From: Moniliella sp. 'wahieum'
Lineage: Eukaryota
Direction of reading: 5' to 3'
Length of the DNA stretch: 64,000 nucleotides
Assembly (NCBI GenBank): GCA_003971905.1
Contig: RSEE01000009.1
Span: 1,054,001 to 1,118,000 of the forward strand
The notes beneath the pieces are model-generated. The model was not told the origin of the DNA, made no database searches, and worked only from the letters and a program-made list of their open reading frames with translations. This document shows, in pieces, positions 1 to 11,774 of this stretch. The first letter of the stretch is position 1. Each line of letters begins with the position of its first letter. The position numbers and the translations under genes were made by a program.

Positions 1-1525
1 CCTCCTCTGGATCAGGAGGAAGTGTGGCAGCGGCAGCAGGCAAGGTTGATGTGCCGGGAAGTGGAGGAGCAGCGAGAGGGTACGCATATCGGTGCGGCCG
101 CGCAAAATGGGGCATACCCGTATTCGGCATGGGTTGTGGGATGAATGGCGACGTCGGTCGGATGGACCGTGTAACAGGCACCGGGCTAGGAGCCCGTGGG
201 ACAGAACCGAGCTGGGGAGAAAGTGCTCGACCTATGGGACAGGAGGTGGAAGGATAGGGTCCTGAGTTCCTGTAGTAGGGTCGCTGCCCCCACTTCCTCC
301 AGATGTTTGAGAAGCGGCACTGGTACGAAAGGGGCGTCCGTTTAGACCAGCGGCATGGTCCTTTGAACCGGGCCAAGCGTTCGGCGTGGCAGAAGGGGCT
401 GGAAGATCGAGACTGCTTTGACTGAAGCTGCGATGGGGTGCGCCAAGCGAGGAGTTTGCTGTGCTCCCAGGGCTTCCCATTCCACCCCCCCCGGCAAGGG
501 CGAGGGAAAGACCGCTGCGGACTGAGGCTGAGGCAGCACTGCGCTTGCGGTCTCGTCTGCCAGCGAGAAAAGAACGCTTGGTTGGCGGGGGTCCAAAGGC
601 TACGGTAGTTGGGGGCGAGGTAGGTGAGGAAGCGCTTTCACCATCGGCAGAGCCTGGGGAGACGAAGAGGGTTTCAGATGCAGTGCTGAGGGCCATGTGG
701 GGATCGGAAGTGGTATGTGCGTAACCATGTGTCGTGGAAGAGCTGGTAGGCAGAGAAGTGGACACATCGGAGGGAGAATCGTGCACGGTGGGCATGGAAC
801 GGGTGGGGAGGAAGTTGGTGGGGTTGCCACGGCCTACATTGCGAGTTTGGTCCCAATCCACCGAGGCGCGCGGAGAGACGCCCTCCTGCTGGATGGTACC
901 CAGAGGCGGGAGGGTAGGCTCGTGTTCTTGAGCCCCAGAGGAATTGGGAGAGGGTACAGACACGCTAATGCTCCCACCAAGAGCCCCGCGAGCGCGTGAG
1001 AGAAGGAGATTCAGCGCCGACGAGGGGCTACGCGTGGGAGCGGCAGTGGATGTGGCAACCGAGGCGGGCAAGTCGGCGGGGGCGGAAATGGAAGGCGACG
1101 GGGTGGCGTAGGTGGGCACTTCGGCGGGGGCAGATGAAGGTCCAGAAAAGTGCTCGGCTGGGCGTATCTGCTGGACGGGCGGAGGGTGCTGCTGGGCAAG
1201 GTAGGCATGCTGTGGAGGCGGGGCAATCTCCACTGCGCTGGCAGAGCGGACAGGGGCGGTGGCACGGTGGAGGGCGGAGGCGGAAGGTGGGGGAGGGTGG
1301 GGCGTGAGGGATGTGGTAGGGGTGCGAGGGTGGGGGAAGGGAGGGCGGTTTGGGCACGAGGGCGGGAGGGGAGGGGCTGGGACGAGTAGAGGCGGGGCGG
1401 ATCTTGGTCTGGCTGGGGGGAAGCCGAGGGGGAAGAAGGGACGAGACGGCAGAGGCGGAGGCGGAGGCGGAGACGGAGACGGAGCCCTTGTTGGCGTCGC
1501 GCCTGCGTGGTCCCCAGCGGACCAT
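1..1525 (-). CDS. Hypothetical Pro/Ser-rich low-complexity protein; runs off the left edge, frameshifted
   Basis: ATG at 1525 (MVRWGPRRRD...) shifts into the long ORF 232..1596 with P/S/T-rich coding-like composition; no recognisable domain. Confidence 0.5.
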
Positions 1526-2945
1526 GGTGGCGGCGCCAAAGCCAGATGGGGGGGCGGGGCGTGGTGTGGTGGGGGGGGGGGGGGGGGGGGGGGCAATCAA
1601 CGGACGCCACAGGCGGTGGCAGCAATACGCACGCAAGGCGCTGCTGTGTGCTACTGCGGCTACGCTGCTAAGCGTGGCGCTGACCAGCAACTAGCATCCG
1701 GTACCCAGCAGCCGCTACCCAGTACCAAGCCCAAGGTCTAAGATCTAAGCCTCAAGCCCACGCATGACTAGTGACCAGTGACGCGTGACGCCTGCATGGG
1801 GCCCAGGCGCGAGCAGCTGCACCCGTGACTCGTGGTGGTCGGTGATCCTCACCCGCATCATGCATCCCCCTGACGGCTGGCAAGGGTGATCCTGGCCAGC
1901 AGCGACTGGCCTGTCTCCCCCGCGCGCGCGCGATCATCGAATGATCGATCGGCAATCGCCAATCGCTGCGCTACGAATGGCGAGATGCTGCTAGCATTAA
2001 CGTTTAACCCTGAATCCTGAATCAGCGCTGAGGCTCAGCGACCACGATCCCCGCCCGCCCCACCCCCCACCCGTCTCGGCCAGGGCGCGTGGCCCAACCC
2101 TAGCCCAGCCTCACGTCCTCCGCACCGCGCCTCTGTGCTCCACACGCCCTCCGGCACGCGATGCATGATGCATGACGCACAACGAGTAGCCTGGGGCCTG
2201 TGTGGGCTGTGCTGCCTGCCCCTGCTGGCCTTGCGCTGCCGCGTCGTTCCCACCTGGCCTAGCGTGCAACCATCCGACACTGCCCCCGCGCCTCTCGTTC
2301 GACGCCCAAGTGGCTTAAAAATTACCCCGCACCCACCCCTCCGCTAGCGTGCCTGGGCCCCATGTTGTGTATGGGCTCCAATGTCCTCTGCGTGGCACGC
2401 TACAAAAACTGTGGGCGGGCTAATCCACAACACCCACTACCCTCGCGTCTCCCCCCAAAAGTGCATGGGTACTTTTCTGCCGACCATGCCATTCGATGGC
2501 CACAGAGCCTCTCCCCAAATTTTCAACTTGCCTATGACCTTCTGGCCCATGCGTATCATTCTTCTGTCTATACAACACAATGTAACTGCACGCGCTGCCT
2601 CGATCCAACTCCATATGGCTGTTCGCGCAACATCATTCCCCGCCAGAACACACAGTTTCTCGTATCACACGCTCACACGCAAAGGGTGCCAAACACCGTT
2701 AACACCATGAGGATACACTACGCCAAGAAGATCGCCACACATGAACGAAAAGCCAATTAAAAGCGATGGGGAGGATCCGTGCGCCGACCCATCATAGACA
2801 CACACACGTACGGTCGGTTTTACTGTATATGTACAGACCAGGCGAGAGAAAAGGCTGTTGATGGTGTGTTCTTTGCATTGCACATGAGATCTGTGTAGAG
2901 AAGGTTAGAGGAATATACCTGCTGTTAATAGGAGGAGTACACGGG

Positions 2946-3171
2946 GTTTTTAGAGGGTGCTGCAGGGTTCTCCTGCGCGGCCCTCAATGATCAGTGACGC
3001 TCGCCTAGCCGAGCGCGAACGCCCTGCTTGCTCCATCCCTTCTCTCTCTCCTTTCTCCTTCCATTCAGACGTTGCTGCAGACTTGTGGACCACTTTGCCT
3101 TCACGCCTTGTCGAAGGCTGCTTTGCAGCTGATCCATAGGATCGCGAGTGCTCCCAAGTCGCACTCTAGCA
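2946..3171. mobile_element. Solo LTR, short family, copy 1 (226 bp)
   Basis: Perfect 5-bp flanking direct repeat ACGGG (2941-2945 / 3172-3176); ends ...CACTCTAGCA; left end degenerate (GTTTTTAGAGGG vs TGTTAGAGGG); closely matches the reverse complement of 39889-40142 apart from a ~22-bp indel. Confidence 0.8.
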
Positions 3172-3544
3172 ACGGGCGGGCGTGTAAAAATTAAAACATG
3201 GGTAATCCGCGGGATTGGAAGATCGGTAGATCGGCGGGTAAGCGCGAGGGGGCTGAGCACTGAGGAGGCACGCGGCAGAGACCGGACGCTTGTCGCGACA
3301 GCCATTTGGGGTGCAACCTACGCGCTCACGTCTGGCCTCTTACTCCATAACCGCCCCTTCGCTTCGGCCATGCCCCTGCGAGTGGGACGCATGACATCAT
3401 TCGTCATCTGGCTCTTTGCCGCAAAAGAAGCTTATGTGCGCATGCGCTTGCGCATCATATCAAAGCGCTGCCCATGGCCCCATCTCACGTCTGGAGAGGT
3501 CCGGGCTGATGGGTCCGGGATGCGTACCACCCTATGGCCTGGCT

Positions 3545-3577
3545 ACTGACGACTGACGACTGACGACTGACGACTGA
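3545..3577. repeat. (ACTGACG)n heptamer microsatellite
   Basis: About 4.7 perfect copies read directly. Confidence 0.9.
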
Positions 3578-3665
3578 CACCGAACCTATACTCGTCCTCA
3601 TCGCGCAATGCATGTCCATTTGATACTCGCATCAATCACTATCACTCTCCGACGAGAGTCGTCGT

Positions 3666-3908
3666 TGTTGCCCCCTCCTCCGACAACGACCCCGGCAGGC
3701 GTCTTCTTTTCTTGGCGCGCACTCTCAAGGTGTGCATGGCACCGTTCGTTGCAATGCTCTGGGCCACGTCTTTGCTCAGCACCTTGGTGTTGCCCCCTCC
3801 TCCGACAACGACCCCGGCAGGCGTCTTCTTTCTTGGCGCGCACTCTCAAGGTGTGCATGGCACCGTTCGTTGCAATGCTCTGGGCCACGTCTTTGCTCAG
3901 CACCTTGG
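3666..3908. repeat. Near-perfect tandem duplication of a ~122-bp unit
   Basis: 3666-3787 and 3788-3908 are identical except for one T in a homopolymer. Confidence 0.9.
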
Positions 3909-3938
3909 CGCTCAGCTCGGGGGGCTTCTAGCTGATCC

Positions 3939-4547
3939 TCAAGCCCATATGAGCACGTGAGACGCCCCCGAGATGAAGTATTCTCTCGTTTCGTTCCTCC
4001 CCGTGACTGGGCCCTTGTCGTCGTTGCGCATCAGTACTTTCTGGCCGTCTTGCTCTATCATGCACTTCTTGGTGTAGGCGTGCGGAATCTGTGCCCATAC
4101 CTTGACACAGTCCCCGAGCTGGGAACGGCCCAGATCCTTGTCGGTGAGAGATTGTTCAGTGTGCGACACCGATCTTGGTCCTTGGCTGCTCAAACTGCGG
4201 CAGGTACAGCGCCTGGGCACATCAAAAAGCTTTTCCCCAAGATCGTCCGCCTCGAAGTGGTTCAGCTCGATGATCCCGGCCCTTGTCTTCGGGAGAGCAA
4301 TTCCCTTCAGGGATGAGCGAATGTGGATGGGTGGCTTCAAAGCATTCTTCTCGAACTTGATCATGTCGGCGACACGAGAGCAGCAGAGTTGTTGGACGAC
4401 GGAGTCCACAGCGCCTGTGGCGGCGCGTTCCCAGTCGTCTGCAGCATTGGGGCCCTGGATCGCGTGATCCACCTGACTATCGAGCTTCGCTTGGATCTGG
4501 TCGTTCCTTCTCTTCACACCCACTGTGAGCACATGCTGAACCTGCAC
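3939..4547 (-). other. Unassigned 202-codon ORF inside the transposon island (possible degenerate TE ORF)
   Basis: Globular-looking composition and lower GC than host genes; no recognisable motif. Confidence 0.25.
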
Positions 4548-4639
4548 GGAATCATCGCCGTTCCGGAAATTAGCACCGCATATACGGCACCACAGGGGCC
4601 TACTAGTAACGAGGGCACGGACAGCGAGGTCGATTCAAG

Positions 4640-4758
4640 CGAGCCGGCCTGCCCTCTGGTGCCAGCCTCTAGCCGAGACAGCCATCCCTCCGGTGCCTAC
4701 CTCAGAGAGACACATGGACGCTTGTGCTCACGCGTGGGCAGTCATTGTATTGCCGAGC
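4640..4758 (+). repeat. Dispersed repeat fragment related to 42083-42201
   Basis: Colinear blocks CGAGCC-GCCTGCC-TCTGGTGCC, CTAGCCGAGAC, CTCAGAGAGA, GTGCTCA and AGTCATTGTA in both copies. Confidence 0.7.
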
Positions 4759-4794
4759 TGGTATGCCCCTGGAACACTGCTGCAGTGCCGCCAA

Positions 4795-6101
4795 TGTTGG
4801 GGCGTAGACACATAGCCTGTCTAGGCCCCTGTGGCTTCGCCCAGATTGGCCTGTGCGCACAGATTGGCTGCGCCACCCCCGCGCCTCCTTTTAATCTCCT
4901 GCTCCTCTGTTGCATCCTGTCCCCTCACCACCCTCTCATTGCGCCTGTAGCAACAAGTATCCCATCTCTGCAGCCAGCACATCGCAGAGTGCTCTGTGCC
5001 ACGGCGCAACAGCCCCATCTTTTTCCCCTGGCCATCAACATCACCATTGTTGTTGCCTGCACCGCCTCCTCCCCGCCTTCCTCGTCCCGCCCCCATCGCT
5101 CGGTCCTCCTCGCCTGGTCCGCATTGCTGCCGTACGTCTCCATTTCCTCTCCCGCCACACTCCGTCTTCCTCCCCTCGTCTGAATCGCTGTTGAACGCCC
5201 CCCTGCCCCTCGTCCCGTCCCCCTCTCACTATCTGCATTGCTTGTGTCGTACGTGTTCTCTTGCCCGCCAGTGCTCTGTTGCTGACCCGCCTACACAGAC
5301 TCCCCCTCGCGGGCCATCTTGTCCTCGTTTCATCTGGTCCGCAGGACCATCGTACGTGCCCGCTTCCTCCGCGTTCCCCTCCCTTCTGCTGACTTTGTGG
5401 GCGCATGCTTGATGTGCATGCACCGTTTCGCTCGCCTTTGACCCACCCTTGTCCGTCTGCTCACTTTGGCTGTCTCGCTTACATGGTTTGCCCCGCCTTG
5501 ATCCTGTCGCTTGTGGCTGGTCTTCCTTGCCACATCGTACGTCCCCCGTACTTCGCGCTTGGAGTTATCCTGCCACTGGCACTGTCTGCCCAGCTGCTGT
5601 ATGCACTGAATCCCATGGTTGGTTCGTCTCGCCTTGTTCGCTTCGATTCAACTGACCTGTTTCGCCCTCGTACGTCCCTTCTGTTATATGCCGACGCTGT
5701 TCCTGACTTTGTTCGCCCTACCCGGGTACATTCCGACTTCATCCCGCTTGCCCTCGCTACTGGCCGACTTGATCGCCTGGCCCGTGAGTCCGTCGCACAT
5801 CTTCTGTGTCTCTCGCTAACCCTGTGCTGCTGCTGACTTGGCCAGCTTCTCCCTAGTGCGTGCTCTCTTCACACTAACCTGTCACCTGCTGTGTAGCTCA
5901 CTGCTCTACTACGTTGGTACTTCCGTCCTACGTCACACCTAACCATGTTGGTTGCCGTGTAATCGCTTCCCAGCGATCTTCGAATGCATTCCATACCTAA
6001 AAAATACCTACCCTGTCTGTACATCTAGTATTGTTCTGCATCGATGCCAGCCCCATCCAGCCAGCCGGCTAGAGAGCCTACAAGCACGCATCCAATCAAC
6101 A
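4795..6101. mobile_element. Probable solo LTR (1307 bp)
   Basis: Termini TGTTG...CAACA; flanks GCCAA (4790-4794) / GCTAA (6102-6106), a 5-bp TSD with one C>T; non-coding pyrimidine-rich interior. Confidence 0.6.
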
Positions 6102-6350
6102 GCTAAGCATTTGGGCTAAGCGCTTGAGCGCATGTGGCCAAAGCCATTGACCTCATGGGCCAAAGCGCGCTTAACCTCATGTGGCCAAAGTGTCCAAACA
6201 TCCAAAGGCAAAAAATAACTCATTTTGGGTGATGTGGTCGGCATGACCGCCCGTGGATATCCATGACTGTCATGGATATCCAAAAGGGGTCGGTAGTGAA
6301 CGTCGGTACCCGTCTCATGGTTACCCACAACCCTGCCTGGGCATCATTCA

Positions 6351-6812
6351 TTGGGGGCTTCCATCATTTCTGGCACGGATACCGGGAAACCGTTCTTCAT
6401 TCCCCGCGTCGCCCTTACCAGTTACGAGACGGAAGATGACGACTGCCCCATCCGATTCAGCTGCAAGCAGGTCCCCGTTGCCTCTGCCTTTGCCTTGACC
6501 ATCAACAAAACGCAGGGCCAGATGCTTTGGCACGTCATCGGCATTCATGTTATGACCCACACTTTTGCTCTTTGCTCATGGCCAGCTCAGTCGTACGTCG
6601 CTTTCTCCCGCGTCTCCTCCAGGAGCGGGCTCAAGGTTGTCCTTCTCCCACAATTCGCAACATCGTCTATCGTGCGTTATCGCCCGCCTAAAGTCGAGGG
6701 CGAAATTGCCCAAGACGCGCCAAACGACGAAGCAGCGCCCAACACGGAGGAAGGCAAGAATGCTCGACTTAAATTGGACAATGCCGGCAAAAACTTGAAC
6801 CAACAAGACTGA
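6351..6812 (+). pseudogene. Helitron Rep/Hel Pif1-family helicase, C-terminal remnant
   Basis: FIPRVAL...PIRFSCKQVPVASAFALTINKTQGQ...FAHGQL/YVAFSRVSSRSGLKV matches Pif1/Helitron C-terminal helicase motifs; 5'-truncated, with small duplications disrupting the HGQLYVA motif. Confidence 0.85.
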
Positions 6813-7159
6813 CTGATTGGATGCCACATTGCGGGACTTGGAGGACAAGATGGTAGGCGCAGTCCCAGAGGGCAATCGTCAACATCTGTTTTCGACCACA
6901 ACGGCGTCCCCGCCGAATTGTTTGATGACGACGAAGAGGGTATAATGGGATCTTGGACGAAGAAGAGGATATTAGGATGGACTTAGATTTATATGAATGT
7001 ACCGTCCTCCAAAGCCTGCAAAGATCCCCCTGCGCCCACAGATTACTTTAGCCTATATATTGCAACTCCCCCTCTATACTGTGGCTCAGCTCCGTAGCAA
7101 CTTTTACAAATACAAGGACCAACACACTCCATCCACTCAGCTCTGTACAAGACAGACGG

Positions 7160-8014
7160 TGTCATGGGGGGTCCCGAGGTGGGACCCCCCCTGTAGTTTA
7201 GGGGTATAAACCCTTGGACAGATCAATCGATAGCTCGTACGTTAGGTCCTGCTCCAGATCCTGGTTGAACCGAGCGGGTGTAAGGCTAGGGAGACCCTCT
7301 AGTTTGGGTGGCTGCCTGCGTGCAAAGGCCGCAGTCCAGAACCTCCGAGGTAGGAGCCGTGTACGTAGGTCGTTAGACCAGCTGAAGGGGTCCAGGAGCT
7401 CCGGAATTACTCTGTTCCTCGCAGCGTTACCACACTTGGTACGCTGTAGCTGGCGGGAACAGACAGAGTCCTAAAGAAGAGCAAGCGCTACTGATGTGAG
7501 TAACCGCGGCTTGCATCAGTGCACTCGGCTTAAGTCGTAAATTCGTAAGCATAAGGGTGGTAGAAGGTGTAAGGGCGAGAGAGAACTTGTAGTCGGGGCG
7601 ACCAACGGTAATAGACAGGATGGTCGACAAGGACCACAGCTAGCAAAGCCTTAGACATGGCTGCTTATACACAGCAGAAGGAACCAGGCCTCAAGTGCCT
7701 CATGACAGGTATAGACAGAATGCGGGGCACTTCCCAGAAAGGTAAAGACTAATGCACAGCCCTTGCTTCCCAAGGCGCTGACGCTGCCTAGTCGGGCACA
7801 GCAGGAAGGTTCTGACAAGACTGGGCGCAATAGGCACAAAGCATCGTACCGATAAGCCCATGCGGCCAGGGCGGGCCGCGGATGATATCCGCAGCAAGGA
7901 TAAGGTGTCGACTGGCTCTCTCTCGCTAGTCTAACCGGACTGACGCATGTTGGGCTGAGATGTCTACGACATTCGGGGCACAGCGTCCGGAGATAACCGG
8001 AGCGCCCCGTAACA
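7160..8014 (-). mobile_element. Solo LTR (855 bp), Ty3/gypsy-like termini
   Basis: TGTCATGGGG...CCCCGTAACA (8/10 inverted match); perfect TSD GACGG (7155-7159 / 8015-8019); strand inferred only from a minus-strand TATAAG at 7664-7669. Confidence 0.85.
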
Positions 8015-8599
8015 GACGGGACCAAGCCGGGTCGTAGGCCCGACGGTTGTTTTCTTGTTAGGCAATCAGGCAATGGAGTGGATCTTCCGTCATCATCGAT
8101 CATCGAGCGTCATCATCATAGGATGCATCGCATCAGATATCTCTCTTCCCTGTTGAGAGACAATCAAGAGAAAACTCGTCCCCATCCATTTTGTGGACGA
8201 GGGCGGGGCAGGTGAAGTGGAGACAAATGGACCCGTTGAGACACATTGTTCGAGCAACCGTGGCGTCAAAAAAATTCAAGCTTCTCTCTTCAGCGACAGA
8301 AGAGGCAATGGATGAGAACAAGATAGGTAGTATAGTTGTCTGAAAAAAAGAGAGAGAGCGGAGTATATACATCGTCTATGGCAAGAACCAACACAAACTC
8401 ACCCGTGAGAGGGTATAGTAATGACCGCGGGAAAGAGCAAGAAAGAGAAAAGGGTAGAGTAGAGTAAGGTGGGGAGAACGATCGATCTGCAGTGAGTCGC
8501 CCAGGCACGACAGGGAGGATAATAGATAAAAGAAACGTCAAGAAGAAGAGAGAGCGTGTGTGTGTGTCGGGGGGGGGGGGGGAGGAAGAACCGCGGCAG

Positions 8600-10713
8600 A
8601 TCATAGTAGTGTTGGAGGGGGAAGACTGGCGCATCAGCGGTGCCCATGCCCCGTCGGAGGGGCAGCGTTTGTTTGACTGAATGTGTTGGGGCAGCCTGAG
8701 GACGAGAAGACTTGGGTGGATTCGGGGGACGAGCCTTTGAAAGACGACTGAGTTGAGCGGAGGCACGACGGTCACCATGTTCAGCTGCCAGTTCGTAGTA
8801 AATTCGAGCAAGGGAAGTATCCGTCTCTGTTCCAATTCCGTTTTCGCAAAAGTAGCCCAGGGCAAACTCTGCCTTGGCCAACTTTCCCTCGGCAGCCTTT
8901 TGAGCCCAGAGGAACGCCTCTCGGTGGCTTTGCGTGAGGATGCCAGGTATGCCGACCAGGTACCAAGCAGTAAGGGCAAAGCAAGCTTCGCTGTGGTTTT
9001 GTTGAGCCGCAATGTTATACATGTGAACACTCAGGCCGCCGTCAATGGGGCAGCCCATTCGTCCATACTCGTAGTTCTGCCCGAGAAGGTAAGCCGAGGG
9101 CGCGAACCCCAGTTCGGCAGCTTGGGCCAACAGCTCACACGCGTAGTCCGAGTCGGGGTATACCAGCCCCTCGATCCCGCGATTGTGAAGGAGGGCGAGC
9201 TCATGGAGTGCGTGAGGCCATTCGGGTGTGGCTGCCTCGGCCGCGAGCTTGAGGTACTTAACTCCCTGGCGTGCGTTGGCTTGGAATCCCAGCTCAGCAT
9301 TGAGTTCGGCCTTGCCAAGCCGGTACAATGCGCCGGGGTGATTTTGAGAGGCAGCCTTTTGCAGCCAACTGACGGCCCGCCCGTTATCTTTGCGGCAGCC
9401 CCAGCCATTTTCGTAGCATTTCCCCGCCTTGTACGCAGCGTCGGCATGGCCATGCTTGGCGGCCAAAACGTACAGGTCCTTCGCCTCCTTCATCCCAGCA
9501 TTGTTGTCGGTGGAAGCCTGGCCTACGCCGGCAGCCAGGCACTCTGCCAGGTAAACCTGGGCGCCCACATGGCCCCGATGTGCCAACTTTCGGAGCATAC
9601 CCATAGTTTGACGTACGAGCGTTTGAGTTCGATTCTCGTCCATCGAAATATCGCCCTGGACCTGGACAGCTTCGAGAATAAAGACTGCAATCTCATATGA
9701 TGTTTCCGGGTCTTGGGCTTTGCGTGCGCTGTGCAAGTACAGTTCGAGCGTTTCGCCATGGGGCACAACGTCCAGGTTAGTGCCCAATTGAAGATGGGCG
9801 TGGTTGAACCCGACGGCCCCGGCCGCACTGGGCACCAACATCGATCCGGACGTTGCGCACCGGCGGCGTACTCACCAAACTTGGGTGTGGGCGTGGACCA
9901 GCTGGACACCCTTCGCTCCCGTTGCTGTCCCCCTCCCCTTGGGGTATGGGTGGAAAGTGTTAAGCTTGGCGTCGAGGAACCAGCCGAGCTCGCGACACCC
10001 GTACCCTGCCGACCGGGATCGAAGAGAATAGTTTCCCCTTGCCAGCAGCTAGCTCTTTGGTTGTCTGCAATCTCGGCAGTCCTGATGTGGAGGCGAGAGG
10101 CGATGCGGTGCCGTACAGGTTCATCTCTGACGGCAACGATAACGTGAGGTGGTTGTAGTTGACACTGCTCCGTGCGAGGGCGAACGACAAACGAGGGGCC
10201 GGATGGTGGAGGAGACTCGGTTGTAGATGCGCATGTCGTCATTGCCTCTGTAGCATCTGTCCCATCCAGTCCGTCGCTCGATTGACTGAAAGCACTGGAA
10301 CGGTGGTGGACGAGGGACGACATGACGTTATCAATACTGAGGCTCTTGGAAAAGCGGCTGTCGCTGGTTAACCGCTTCGAATGTTCTGCATGGCCGACGA
10401 CGCCCGCTCGGAGTAGCGCTTGGGACATGGGGGCGGTCGTGCTTCCAACTTGTTGGTTGCGGAGGACGCAGCAGAGGTGGGGCGGAGGGGAAAGCGCCTG
10501 TGGCCGTCGTCATCACTCGCAGCGTTCGTTAAGGGGCTTTGTCGGCCTGACAGGGGCGTGGCTGGGAGGCAAAGGCGGGCATGCTAGTCCGGCGCCCGGG
10601 AGACTCAGGCAAGTGGCTGTTGCAGTGGGAGCTGCTGTTGCTGGACAAGGGACTGGCGGGTCGAGTCGAGGAGACGGTAGCAGGCTGGGAAGATGCGGCT
10701 GCGCGGCTGTCAT
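8600..10713 (-). CDS. Sel1-repeat chitin synthase regulator (Chs4/Skt5/Csr family); ends approximate
   Basis: ORF 8399..9841 has tandem Sel1 repeats (AAKHGHADAAYKAGKCYENGWG; LGQNYEYGRMGCP; ACFALTAWYLVG; AEFALGYFCENGIG); low-complexity N-terminus in upstream frames from ATG 10713. Confidence 0.88.
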
Positions 10714-11681
10714 CTTCGTTGGCTGAGCCAGCGCCGGCGGAGGGGAAAGGGTGTCATGTACGATGATGAGAGTGGTAAAAGGAAGTGGGAGACAGTGGGT
10801 TGGGGGATGGAGGCCGACCGGACCCACAGCGTTCTGCCATGCCAACACACCCAAAGGCTATGGAATGGCCTGCCAAGGGGAATGTGAGCGCGGGCGGAAG
10901 CTCTGGGCAGACTGAGTTAGTTCCCGAGTGCTATCGTATATCACCCTCCCCCCAGCTTTTGCATATTGACACGATCCATTTTTGAGCGGCCTCGGCAGCT
11001 GGCTACTGGCAAGTGCAGATGGGGCCACATTGCCCCCTTGCCTGTGTGGTCTCCCGCGCCCCCTGTGTTGCTATATTATTTTTCTCGCACACGCGCTCCC
11101 GCCCCCCCCCCCACAATCGACCCCTACCTTTCGGGTGCCCCACCTGCCATTATTCATTTCCCTGTCGATCGAGACCATGCCCAACATCTTGCTGCATGAT
11201 TGCGTTTATAAGGAGCTCTTTTCCGCGTCGTGATGAGGGCATGCACAAGGATGCGGCACTCTGCCACACTACTCTACTACCACTGGGTGCGGTGGAGAGA
11301 ACACCGTGTTTCCAAAAAACTTTCCTGTCAGCGCAGCGACACCACATATAAAAAATCTCTTCGCCCACCGCAGACTCGCTTATACCCGCTGGCAGCTCGT
11401 GCCCACCACATCAGGAGGCTAAGCATGTCGCCAGCAGGCCTCCAGGGCACTCCGACACTCGCCATTGATGTCGAAACCGGATGTATGGTGCGTGCTGGTG
11501 AGATCCCCCGTGATAGACAGTCCGATGAGAGCGCTCGAGAGAGAGATGAGCGATCCATCATCTCTCATCTGTGGCGGCACAATACCCTCTCAGCTTCATC
11601 AGGACCACCAGGGCGAAGAGCAGGAATGGAGTGCGCTCCTGATGCATCATTTAGGCAAAAGGGGGGACACCAAAAAATTAA

Positions 11682-11774
11682 TGCCAGAGATGGGACTCGA
11701 ACCCACAACCTTCAGAGGACTGGCTTACGTAACCAAGCTTAAGTCTGACGGCTCTACCATTGGCCCACCCTGGC
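11682..11774 (-). tRNA. tRNA with TAA (Leu) anticodon, 20-nt intron (11718-11737) and a short variable loop
   Basis: Acceptor GCCAGGG/CTCTGGC+A73; anticodon stem TCAGA/TCTGA with loop CT-TAA-G^C; T arm GTGGG-TTCGAGT-CCCAT; TTTTTT Pol III terminator just downstream (11672-11677). Confidence 0.9.

Noticed and set aside
7166..7197. Hairpin plus CTGTAG|T as the 3' end of the Helitron helicase remnant
   Set aside because: It lies inside a TG...CA element with a perfect GACGG TSD and has a counterpart in the 40503 LTR.
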